NCBI GenBank assembly: GCA_965248445.1
Contig: CBDFJG010000003.1
Location: forward strand, 1,312,001-1,376,000
Length of the DNA stretch: 64,000 bases
Direction of reading: 5' to 3'
Source of the DNA: Planctomycetota bacterium
GTDB taxonomy: Bacteria > Planctomycetota > JAJSAM01 > JAJVHW01
Part shown: positions 30,565-39,391 of the stretch, one piece after another
How the letters are laid out: every line of letters starts with the position of its first letter
Numbering within the stretch: position 1 is the first letter of the stretch
The notes under the pieces: model-generated
The model's database searches: none
Seen by the model: only the letters and a program-made list of their open reading frames with translations
What the model was told of the DNA's origin: nothing
Translations under genes and position numbers: made by a program

Positions 30565-31139
30565 GCGTCCGGGCCCGCGCCCAGCTCGCGGCGCAGCCAA
30601 GCACGCGCCATGTACCAGTCCGCCTCGACGGTCTTTCGGGCGATGCCGACGACGTCGGCGGTCTCCTCCATCGTGAGCCCCCCGAAGAACCTCAGTTCCA
30701 CGACCCGGGCCTTGCGCGCGTCACTCTCGGCAAGGCGCTCCATGGCGGCGTGCAGATCGAGCACATCCAGCCCGCGCTGCTCCTGCGCGTCGAGCACCCC
30801 GTCGAGAGTCACTCGCACGCGGTCACCGCCTCGCTTCAGCGCCCCCCGTGTGCGCGCGTGGTCAACGAGGATCTGTCGCATGAGACGTGCTGCAATTCCG
30901 AGGAAGTGCCCGCGGCCCTGGATGTCCGGCGGGGCTCCGCCGAGCAGTCGCAGGTACGCTTCGTGAATGAGAGCCGTGGCCTGCAGCGTGTGTCCGACTC
31001 TCTCGCGGCGCAGGTAGCCGTCGGCCAGCCGGCGCAACTCCGCGTACAGGTGCGTGGTCAGTTCGCTGGTGGCCGACTCGTCGCCGAGCCTGGCACGATC
31101 CAGGATCTCCCTCGTGAGCGAGGGCCGCGCTTCCGACAT
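30561..31139 (-). CDS. ECF sigma factor, TIGR02999/ECF43-like (kinase-associated)
   Basis: LYAELRRLA, HTLQATALIHEAYLRL, MRQILVDHAR..KRGG, VVELRFFGGL, DWYMARAWL. Confidence 0.93.
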   Translation of the reverse strand: MSEARPSLTREILDRARLGDESATSELTTHLYAELRRLADGYLRRERVGHTLQATALIHEAYLRLLGGAPPDIQGRGHFLGIAARLMRQILVDHARTRGALKRGGDRVRVTLDGVLDAQEQRGLDVLDLHAAMERLAESDARKARVVELRFFGGLTMEETADVVGIARKTVEADWYMARAWLRRELGAGPDA

Positions 31140-31206
31140 CGTTCGCCTTTCACTCCCCGCGCCCCAGTCTCCCAGACCGGGGCGCGAGAGCAAACGGCTC
31201 CAGGTT

Positions 31207-34200
31207 TCACTCCACCCAGTAGTTGAGCACCTCGAACTCGGCGCCCGAGGTCGGGTCCTTGTAGAGGTACGTGAAGAGGCCGAAGCCGAACGCGTTGGCC
31301 TGGAAGTCCCCGAAGTCGGGGATCTGGCCGACGAAGCCCTGGTAAATGGTCGAGGTGCCGTTCGTGATCTTGAGCGTGCTGTTCTCGGCGACGCCGATCC
31401 CGAAGCCTGCCATCACCGTCGCGCCGGTCGTCTCGACGTCGAGCGAGAAGCTGCCTCCCAGGCGCCCGCCCGTGGTCCGTTCCTGCGAGACCTCGAGCGA
31501 CACGTCCTTGGTCAGGCTTCCCTGGTCGACCTGCACGAGTGCCGACTCCAACCCGCTGAACTGATTGAGCAGCGTGTTCTTCTGCCCGCGCGTCGGGTAC
31601 GTCGACACGTCGCCGACCGTGTGCTGGAGGATCGAGTCGTCGATCTTGATCGCGTCCGCGGGCGTGGACTGGTTGTAGAGCTTGCGATCGACCTTCACCG
31701 TGATCGGCGAGCGAGGCAGCGAGATCGTGACCTCCTTGCCGACCAGCTCCGGATCGGGGTGCGACAGGATCGTGTAGCGGTACACGTCGAATGGGATGCT
31801 GCTGAACACGACGCCGTCGTCTTCCGCACCGCTGTTGAACACGATCGTCTTCTTGGTGCTGTACGAGCGGCCGTCGATCTTGCCGACGGTCACCTCGGCC
31901 GTCGCCTTCAAGTTGAAGGCGGTCTGCGTGATGAACCCACCGTCAACGTTGATGCCGAGGTGAGATCGCACGCTGACCGAGAGTTCCTTCTCCGTGGCGT
32001 TGGACTGCGTCTCGGACGTGCCGAACGATGTACGGCAGCCGCCCGTCGCCATGCCGAGGGCGGCCTCACAGGGAGGCGCCGCGAGCACGGCGATGACCGT
32101 CGGCTCCGTGAACACGAGTTCCTGCGTCGCGGTGTCGAACTTGAGCGTCGCGCCGTCCGGGATGACGTCGCACGGCAGCAAGATGCCGTGAGGATCATCG
32201 AAAAAAGTGACTTCGATCTCGGCCGACTCGCGCCAGGACGGGATGCGGACCGGGTCGTAGCCCCAGATCACGATCTTGTTCTGCCAGCGGGCGTAGACCG
32301 CGATGTCCTCGGCACCGTCGCTGGTGAAGTCGCCGATCACAACCTGGACGTTCTGGTCGTTGATGTACGCCTGCGTGTCGCCCTGTGCGTCGATGAACGC
32401 CGACTCCGGGATGCGTTCGATTTCAGTGAACGCCGGGAACGGCGACGACGTCTCCGGGTCGATCGTCACGAGGTCCTCGAAGATGATGTGGTTCACGCCC
32501 ATCTCCGCGTTGCCGTCTCCGTCGACGTCCGCCGCGTACACATGGAAGTCGCGCACGCGCCACGGCCCGTTCGCAGGGCAGCGTCTGAAGGAGAGGAAGC
32601 CCTCCTTCGCACCCAACGCTGCGAAGTTCTGTGTCCCGTCGTCGAGCGCGACCACGATGCCCTCCCCGCCGTTGCAGCTGCCGCCACTCACAAACGTGTG
32701 CGTCCCGCCCATCACGATCTCGTCGATGTTGTCACCGTCGAAGTCGCCGACGCCGATGTCTGCGAGCACGGCCGTGAACGCTCCCGTCGAAGAATCGACG
32801 CCCGTGACCGCGCCGATCTTGAGCTGCGTGAACCCGGCGTTCGCGTCGTCGAGGATGTAGTAGGCGCAGTTGCCCACGGGGGTGCTGCTGGCCTTGTACT
32901 GATTGACGACGAAGGCGATCTCGTGCGGATTGTCGTAGTCGAGGTTGCCGCCGACCATCTGCACGTACATCCCGGCGTCGGCGAGCGTCCGCTGGATCGT
33001 GACCGTGTGGGCGTTCTTCGCGAACGACTCGCCTGCGTCATCGAAGAACAACAGATCGACCTGTGACTCGAAGGAGAGTGCAATGACAAGTTCGTCCTTC
33101 GCGTCGCCGTCGTAGTCCACGGCCAGGATGTTGAACTCGCTGACCGGAGTCGTGATACCGAGCCGCTGCGTGCGTTCCGCGTGATCCTGCTCCGCGTCCT
33201 CGATGATGTCGATCGAGAGATCCCCACCGTCGTCGTAGACCACGACGATCTCCTGCAGGCCGTCCCCGTCGATGTCGCCGGCGGTGGCCGCCCGGCGGGA
33301 GTACGGCAACTGGCCGCTCCCCGGATCGCTGGCCCAGAAGTTCTCCACGCTCGCGAAGGACCGCACCAGCGTCGGCACGATGTCCGGGGGGTTGATCGGA
33401 TCGGGCTGGTCGACCACGAACTCCATGAGATCGAGGTTGCCCGTCACGGAGTTGCGCCGCTCCATGCCGACGAGCAGCATCTCCATGCGCGCGTTCAGAG
33501 TCTGGCACGCACCGAGCGGTGCGTAGTCCTCGGGCAGCGCCGCCTCCTGCGAGTAGTCCTGACGCGGGGTGTCGGAGGTGCTCACACCGAGCTTCGTCAG
33601 CGCCTGGGCGGTCTTGTTACCGTCGCCGTCGTTGCCGCCACCACCACCGCCGTCGGGGATCGTCCCGTCGTACTCGAAGTTCTCGATGGCGCCCGCGGTG
33701 GGCAGGACCTTGAAGGTCAGCTTGCCGGTCGCCGTGTCGCCCGTGACGTCTCCCTTGAACTTCACGACGTGACGCCCGTGCTTCAGCTTCCACTTCAGCG
33801 CGTCGCCCTTGCGCTTCCCGCTGAGGGCGCCCTGACCGGCCGCGTCGTTGCCGTAGGGACTCGCGACGCTGCCGCTGCCCGTGAGCCTCTTGCTTCCGGT
33901 GTCGGCGAACTCGAACTCGACGGTCGCCATCGGCGCCGCGTCGAGCACGAGGTCGGCGTCGGCAGCGCCCTTCTGCTTGCCGCGGGGACCGCGGTACGTC
34001 GTCGCCGCGAGGAGCCCGTCCTCGAGCGGGCCGATGACCTTTGCCAAGACCCCGGCACCCTTGAGCTTCACCGAGTAGACCGGACCGCTCTTCTTGGACT
34101 TGACTCTGCCCTTCACGGTGACCGGCGTGCCGTCCACCGTGCAGGTGCCGCCGTTGATCAGCTTCCCCCGCTCGTCGTAGGCGAGCTGGAGCCGGATCTC

Positions 34201-34377
34201 GGCGACGTCGCCTGCCACGGGAGCGTCGACCGAGATACTCGACACCTCGGGCACGCCCGTAGGCACCTCGATCTCGTCGCCGCGTGCCGCGTCGGCGAGG
34301 GCGGCCGAGACCGCCAGGGTGACGAGGATCGGGAGGGAGGGGCTGCGGCGTGTCTGGGAGTGAGCGTGGGTCGTCAT
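31207..34377 (-). CDS. Large secreted protein with FG-GAP/VCBS-like repeats and a Ser/Thr-rich beta C-terminal region
   Basis: Signal peptide; repeats GDIDGDGLQEI, DYDGDAKDEL, GDFDGDNIDEI, ADVDGDGNAE, GDFTSDGAEDI. Confidence 0.85.
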   Translation of the reverse strand: MTTHAHSQTRRSPSLPILVTLAVSAALADAARGDEIEVPTGVPEVSSISVDAPVAGDVAEIRLQLAYDERGKLINGGTCTVDGTPVTVKGRVKSKKSGPVYSVKLKGAGVLAKVIGPLEDGLLAATTYRGPRGKQKGAADADLVLDAAPMATVEFEFADTGSKRLTGSGSVASPYGNDAAGQGALSGKRKGDALKWKLKHGRHVVKFKGDVTGDTATGKLTFKVLPTAGAIENFEYDGTIPDGGGGGGNDGDGNKTAQALTKLGVSTSDTPRQDYSQEAALPEDYAPLGACQTLNARMEMLLVGMERRNSVTGNLDLMEFVVDQPDPINPPDIVPTLVRSFASVENFWASDPGSGQLPYSRRAATAGDIDGDGLQEIVVVYDDGGDLSIDIIEDAEQDHAERTQRLGITTPVSEFNILAVDYDGDAKDELVIALSFESQVDLLFFDDAGESFAKNAHTVTIQRTLADAGMYVQMVGGNLDYDNPHEIAFVVNQYKASSTPVGNCAYYILDDANAGFTQLKIGAVTGVDSSTGAFTAVLADIGVGDFDGDNIDEIVMGGTHTFVSGGSCNGGEGIVVALDDGTQNFAALGAKEGFLSFRRCPANGPWRVRDFHVYAADVDGDGNAEMGVNHIIFEDLVTIDPETSSPFPAFTEIERIPESAFIDAQGDTQAYINDQNVQVVIGDFTSDGAEDIAVYARWQNKIVIWGYDPVRIPSWRESAEIEVTFFDDPHGILLPCDVIPDGATLKFDTATQELVFTEPTVIAVLAAPPCEAALGMATGGCRTSFGTSETQSNATEKELSVSVRSHLGINVDGGFITQTAFNLKATAEVTVGKIDGRSYSTKKTIVFNSGAEDDGVVFSSIPFDVYRYTILSHPDPELVGKEVTISLPRSPITVKVDRKLYNQSTPADAIKIDDSILQHTVGDVSTYPTRGQKNTLLNQFSGLESALVQVDQGSLTKDVSLEVSQERTTGGRLGGSFSLDVETTGATVMAGFGIGVAENSTLKITNGTSTIYQGFVGQIPDFGDFQANAFGFGLFTYLYKDPTSGAEFEVLNYWVE

Positions 34378-34442
34378 CGTCGTGGCTCCGGTCGGTCGTG
34401 GACTCAAGCGACGGGGCCCTCGGCGGAGCCCCTCCAACCGGA

Positions 34443-34471
34443 TCTGCGCAATCGAACGCCGCGACTCCCAT
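34443..34471 (-). promoter_or_regulatory. Shared motif copy facing the 31207-34377 gene (candidate ECF promoter)
   Basis: ATGGGAGT-N10-GATTGCGCAGA on the minus strand. Confidence 0.55.
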
Positions 34472-34493
34472 CCGAATCCGGGAATCGAATCCC

Positions 34494-34522
34494 ATGCGAG
34501 TGCCGCCCGCAGATTCCGCAGA
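34494..34522 (+). promoter_or_regulatory. Shared motif copy facing the 34566-36530 gene (candidate ECF promoter)
   Basis: ATGCGAGT-N10-GATTCCGCAGA on the plus strand. Confidence 0.55.
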
Positions 34523-34565
34523 AGAGGGTGAGGCCCCCTCGTGCGGGGGGCCGCCCGAGGCACGC

Positions 34566-36530
34566 ATGCGCCACCCCATCCCGACGACCGCTCTCGTTCT
34601 CGCCGCTGCGCTCACGCTGGGCCTCGCCGGCACCGGCGACGCCGCCCGTGGCGCGTCCTTCGACGCCCACAGCTACTTCCAGGCGGCTGTGGCGGGCAAG
34701 GTGAAGGTCAAGCTGCCCGGGGAGAGGGTTCGGCGGGAGGAGATGAGCCTCGACTTCACGGGGGCCGCGGACCGCTGGTCGGCTCGTTGGAGCGCGGGTG
34801 AGTTCGCCGGGGCGGCCGTGCGCCGGGGCAAGCGCACGCTCGAGCTGGGTCCGACGCCGGCCCAGGACAGCCTGGCTGAGAGCGTGGCGGACCTCTACGG
34901 GTTCGACCTGAGCAAATGGGAGATCCGCGACGTCGACTTCGTCGCGAAGATCAACCGCCGCGGCACGCGCGTGAAACTGAAGGGCACCATCGCGCTCGAC
35001 ATGGGGGACGGGAAGCGCCGTGCCGCGTCGCGCGTCCGCGTACGGCTGAAGGGCCGCACGACGCGCGTTCCCGCGGGTCCGCCGAGCGTCCGCTCCCCCG
35101 CCGGCGAGGTCGACAGCGGATCCCTCGTCGCCCTGCCGGACGGCGGCGCCGCCCTGGTCGGCGAACTGCAGGGCGTCGCTACGTTCGGCGTCGCGGATCC
35201 GAACGAGAGGACGCTGACGCCGCCGTCCGAGTCCCGGGCGACGCCCAGGGTCATCGCGCGCTACGCGCCGGACGGCTCGCTCGCATGGGTGCGCGAAGTG
35301 CGAGCGGGAGACGGCCTCGACAACGCGGGGGTTGCGACGCTGCCCCGCGGCGAACTGCTGTTCGTGGCCGACGCGTGCGAACGCATGACGCTCTCGGTCG
35401 GCGACGCGGACGAACGGACCGTATCCGTTGCGGACGGCGTGGTCATCGCGAGGTACGGCCCGAGCGGATCGCTCGGACCGGCGAGCGTGCTGCTGGAGGT
35501 GGACAGCAGCGACTCGAACGCCCACGTCAACAGTCTCGAGCTGCGAACGCTCCCGGACGGGAGCTCCTACGTTGCAGGGAGATTCTCCGGTGACCTCACG
35601 TTCCATCCCGGCACCGCGAACGCACTTACGCTCGTGGACGGCACGGGTGGCAACAAGCCTCAGTTCATCGCGCACTTCGACGCGGATCAGCGGCTCGTCT
35701 GGGTACGTCGCCTGCAGTCGGACTGGTTCGTGCAGATCAACAACGCGATGACCGTGCGAGCCGACGGCGGCGTCCGCGTGTGCGCCACGTTCGGCGGCAC
35801 GCTGACGATCGACCGGCCCGAGAGCACACCGATCACGGCGACGGCGGACCCGGACGTGGCCCAGACAAGCGAAGTCAGCTTTGGACGGGATGGGACGTAT
35901 CTCTCGAGCCACGTGCTGAACAACGGCGGCGGGAACGCCGCGGTGTCGCAGTCCGCCGAGCACCCGGACGGCAGTTTCAGCGTGTCGGGCAGCGGAAACC
36001 GGGCCGGCTACGTCCCGGAGGGTCTCTCACCCGTGATCGGACCGGGGTCGCCGAACGCGACGGAACTGCCCAACGTGCGCGCGAGGTGGATCGCACGATA
36101 CGAGGCGAACGGGACGCTGCGCTGGGTGCGCTTCACGGACGAGTCCAACTCGCACCGCCTCACGATCGCCCCGGCGCCGGGCGGCGGCCTGCATCTGGTG
36201 GCCAGCGTGCGCTACGGCGAGGGCGTCCTCAGTCTCAGCGCGGACGACGAGGTGATCCTCGCCGACCCGCTGCTTACCAGCCAGGGCGAGTACGCCCTTC
36301 GTGCGCACTACGCCGCCGACGGCGAGTTGTCCGGTGTGCGCGCACTCTCGTCGGGGGGCGAGGTCAGCGTCTGGGCGGCCGACTCTCGGCCGGACGGCAC
36401 ACTGGTCGTCGGATGTTTCGTGGAGAGCACCGACGGCCCGATCACGTTCGACCTGGACGGGAGCGGGACGACCGCCGACGTCCCGCAGATCGACTACAGC
36501 GTCGCGTTGCTACGCCTGGACGCCGAGTAG
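34566..36530 (+). CDS. Secreted beta-propeller repeat protein
   Basis: Signal peptide; repeated IARYAPDGSLAWVR / IAHFDADQRLVWVR / IARYEANGTLRWVR and LPDG units. Confidence 0.8.
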   Translation: MRHPIPTTALVLAAALTLGLAGTGDAARGASFDAHSYFQAAVAGKVKVKLPGERVRREEMSLDFTGAADRWSARWSAGEFAGAAVRRGKRTLELGPTPAQDSLAESVADLYGFDLSKWEIRDVDFVAKINRRGTRVKLKGTIALDMGDGKRRAASRVRVRLKGRTTRVPAGPPSVRSPAGEVDSGSLVALPDGGAALVGELQGVATFGVADPNERTLTPPSESRATPRVIARYAPDGSLAWVREVRAGDGLDNAGVATLPRGELLFVADACERMTLSVGDADERTVSVADGVVIARYGPSGSLGPASVLLEVDSSDSNAHVNSLELRTLPDGSSYVAGRFSGDLTFHPGTANALTLVDGTGGNKPQFIAHFDADQRLVWVRRLQSDWFVQINNAMTVRADGGVRVCATFGGTLTIDRPESTPITATADPDVAQTSEVSFGRDGTYLSSHVLNNGGGNAAVSQSAEHPDGSFSVSGSGNRAGYVPEGLSPVIGPGSPNATELPNVRARWIARYEANGTLRWVRFTDESNSHRLTIAPAPGGGLHLVASVRYGEGVLSLSADDEVILADPLLTSQGEYALRAHYAADGELSGVRALSSGGEVSVWAADSRPDGTLVVGCFVESTDGPITFDLDGSGTTADVPQIDYSVALLRLDAE

Positions 36531-36569
36531 CGGCGCGGCACCGCAACCTGATGCGAGTACGGTGTCGGC

Positions 36570-37088
36570 GTGCTCCCGACACCGGTCCGGCTGCTGATCA
36601 TCCTCGCGCTCGCGGTGCCCGCGGTCTACGCGTTCACCCATGACAAGACCACCGTCGGTCTCGGGCTCGTGGCTGTCGCGCTGATCCAGCTGTACGCGCT
36701 GGTTCGCTACGGCAGCGTGATCTCGGCGGGCAACGCGTTCCGCAACGGGAAGCGGGACGTCGCGTGGTCGCGGCTGGGTCAGACACCGCTTGGTGGGCGG
36801 CTCCTGCGGCGGGACCAGAAGGTCTACTACCACCTGCTCCGCGCGTCGTGCCAGCTGGGCCGCGAGGAGTGGGACGGCGCGGAACGAGACGCCGAGCGCG
36901 CGCTCGGGATCGAGGGGGTCAAGCGCCAGAACTACGCCGCGGCACACGGCGCGCTGGCCCGCGTGCACTTCGCGCGGGACGACGAGCAGAGGGCGCGACA
37001 CCACATCGCGCGTGCGCGGGAACTGCCGCACAAGTCGTCGCTCGTGCCGCTCCTCGCGAACCTGGAGGACCAGCTCGACGCGTCATGA
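36570..37088 (+). CDS. Hypothetical membrane protein with a TPR-like C-terminus
   Basis: Two N-terminal TM helices followed by helical repeats. Confidence 0.7.
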   Translation: MLPTPVRLLIILALAVPAVYAFTHDKTTVGLGLVAVALIQLYALVRYGSVISAGNAFRNGKRDVAWSRLGQTPLGGRLLRRDQKVYYHLLRASCQLGREEWDGAERDAERALGIEGVKRQNYAAAHGALARVHFARDDEQRARHHIARARELPHKSSLVPLLANLEDQLDAS

Positions 37089-37096
37089 CGGAACCT

Positions 37097-37171
37097 GGCG
37101 GGCGCAGCGGCCCGCCCCTACGACGGGAGGCATCGCCCCGACACAGGTAGGGGCGGGCCGCCGCGCCCGCC
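37097..37171. repeat. Inverted pair of GTAG-family REP sequences
   Basis: 37097-37121 is the reverse complement of 37147-37171 (GTAGGGGCGGGCCGCYGCGCCCGCC, 1 mismatch); lies between convergent genes. Confidence 0.85.
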
Positions 37172-37201
37172 CGCGATCGGACAGGGAGCGCGACTCCTCC
37201 C

Positions 37202-39391
37202 CTACTCGGCCGGCGGGCCGAAGCGCAACGCGAGTTCCTGCATCCCGTCCGAACGTAGAGCCTGCCCGAGATCCGGGTCCGCGTGGAAGTCCGCGGACCG
37301 GTAACCGATCGCTTCGAGCGTCGCGAGCGCCGCGCCGGTCCGCAGCACGTCACCGCGAACCGCGTGGACGACGGCGAGATGCAGCGGATCGCCGTCTCGC
37401 TCCGCCGACTCGCGCGCCGCGAGCAGCGCCTCGTCGAGCCGCTCCAGACGGATGAACGAACGCACGAGCAGTTCGTCGGCGAGTCCGGCCAGCGCTGGAT
37501 CCGACGTGAGCCCAGCCGGCGGCGAGGCAAGCGCGCCGATCGTCCCGGCGAAGTCATTGCGCACGTACGCCGCGGCAGCCGTCCAGAGCGGCAGCCCGGG
37601 GTCGCCGGGATCGGCCTTCGACTGACGCTGCACGAGCAGCTCGAGCATGGCGCCGTCGCGGGCCACGAACGCGGCGTCCGCGAGCCGCTCGACCGTCATC
37701 CGCCGAGGCGCCAGTTCGTCGACCAGTGCCGCACCCCGGCCGGCGGCGTACTCCGCCCGAACCGTCAGCTCGTGCAGCTCGCTCTTGCGCTCCCAGTCCT
37801 CGGCCTCGGCCTCGCCGAAGGCGGTGCGGAAAGCGCGCGCGGCCTCGGCGTGATCGCCGTTCATCGAGTGGAAGTGGCCGCGGAAGACTGTCAACGAGGG
37901 ATCACCCGGCTCGCGCTCGGTGTATACGGCGATCAGCCGGAGCAGTTCGTCGCGCTTCTCCTCGTCCACCAGCGCCTGCGCGAGGTGGGGAAACGCCATG
38001 AACGGGTCTGTCGCCGCGTCGAGCGCCGCCTCGGCACCCTCTGCCGCGCGAGTTAGATCGAGTTGCAGGTAGAGGACGTCCTCGTATCGCTCGGGATCGG
38101 TCGTGAGGAGTTCTTCGGCGAGTGTCGCGAGCACCGCGACACCCTCGTCCGAGCGGCCGTCCGCTGCGCGCGCACGGGCGAGTACGAGCAACGCCTGCGC
38201 GCGTACGTCGCCAGAGAGGGAGCTCGCGGCGGCTGCCAACTCCTCGACGCGCGCCGGCGCACCCCGCGCTACGAGTCCGTAGGCCACCGCGTCGAGCACC
38301 GCACCGAGGTCCGGCACGGTGCTCAGCACTTGGTACGTCTCGGTGCGCTCGGCGGGCAGCGCCGGATCGAGCGACGCGAGCAGTCCGACGAGAGCCTCGG
38401 TGTTCGCAGGGTCGTCCAGCAACGCCGCGCGGTAGGCGTCCCGCGCCTCGCCTTTGCGCTCCAGGCGCTCGAGCGCGACGCCCGCCGCCACCCAGCCGTC
38501 CGCATCGCCTCCGATTGCTTCGACATACCGGCGCGCCGCCGCAAGGCACGCCTCGTGGTCGCCGAGGAGGTCGTGCGCCAGGGCGCGCAGATAGGACGAG
38601 ACAGGCGCGTCATCGGCAGCGGGACGGGTGCCCCGCTCGCGTTCCAGGGCCGCCAACGCTCGATCCGGCAGTCCCGACGCGAGCGCCGTCGACGCGAGCA
38701 CGATGCCCCGCAACTCGGCGAGCAGCGCCGGGATCTCCTCGTCCTCGAACTCGCTCGCCATCTCCCGCGCGGCGAGCGCGTCGCCAGATGCAAGAGCACG
38801 TGCGGCTGCGCGCAGCGCGACTGCGATCCGGGCGGTGTGGCCGACGTCGGTGCCCGCCTCGGACTCCGCTGCCACGAGCGCCGCCGTCGCGAGCGAGAGA
38901 CGGATCCCCGAGTCGACGTCTCCGATGTCGTGCAGGAGCCAGCGGTCGTTGCGGCGGGCGAGCCACCAGCGTGACCAGTGCCGGAACCCGGACCGGTCGC
39001 GCTGCCGGAGAAACACCTCGGCCTCGTCGTCGTCGCCACGCAACACGATCCGGCGAACCTCTGCGTCGCCTGTGGAGACGATCGTCGGATCGTTGGTGAT
39101 GACGTTGCGCACGGCGATGGCGACGGTCGCTTCGAACGAAGCACGGCGGGCGGCATCCACCTCACCGAGCACATCGACGCGCGACACCTCGCGGGCGAGC
39201 CGCACGAGATCGAGATGGCGCGTCACTTCCGCCGGTTCGCCGGTGCGACAGTCGCCCAGTATCTCGGCGACCACCGCGCGGACCTCCGCCTCGCGCGCCG
39301 CGCCGCGATCCTCGCCGGCGAACGCTCCGCCCAGCGTCGCGCCCACAACGGCGAGACACGAGACGGCGGCACCGGTCCGCCTCCGAGTCAG
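37202..39391 (-). CDS. Secreted TPR-containing hypothetical protein (CTG start 39391 or GTG 39346)
   Basis: Long ORF with TPR-like helices; the signal peptide is complete only from CTG 39391. Confidence 0.7.
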   Translation of the reverse strand: MTRRRTGAAVSCLAVVGATLGGAFAGEDRGAAREAEVRAVVAEILGDCRTGEPAEVTRHLDLVRLAREVSRVDVLGEVDAARRASFEATVAIAVRNVITNDPTIVSTGDAEVRRIVLRGDDDEAEVFLRQRDRSGFRHWSRWWLARRNDRWLLHDIGDVDSGIRLSLATAALVAAESEAGTDVGHTARIAVALRAAARALASGDALAAREMASEFEDEEIPALLAELRGIVLASTALASGLPDRALAALERERGTRPAADDAPVSSYLRALAHDLLGDHEACLAAARRYVEAIGGDADGWVAAGVALERLERKGEARDAYRAALLDDPANTEALVGLLASLDPALPAERTETYQVLSTVPDLGAVLDAVAYGLVARGAPARVEELAAAASSLSGDVRAQALLVLARARAADGRSDEGVAVLATLAEELLTTDPERYEDVLYLQLDLTRAAEGAEAALDAATDPFMAFPHLAQALVDEEKRDELLRLIAVYTEREPGDPSLTVFRGHFHSMNGDHAEAARAFRTAFGEAEAEDWERKSELHELTVRAEYAAGRGAALVDELAPRRMTVERLADAAFVARDGAMLELLVQRQSKADPGDPGLPLWTAAAAYVRNDFAGTIGALASPPAGLTSDPALAGLADELLVRSFIRLERLDEALLAARESAERDGDPLHLAVVHAVRGDVLRTGAALATLEAIGYRSADFHADPDLGQALRSDGMQELALRFGPPAE

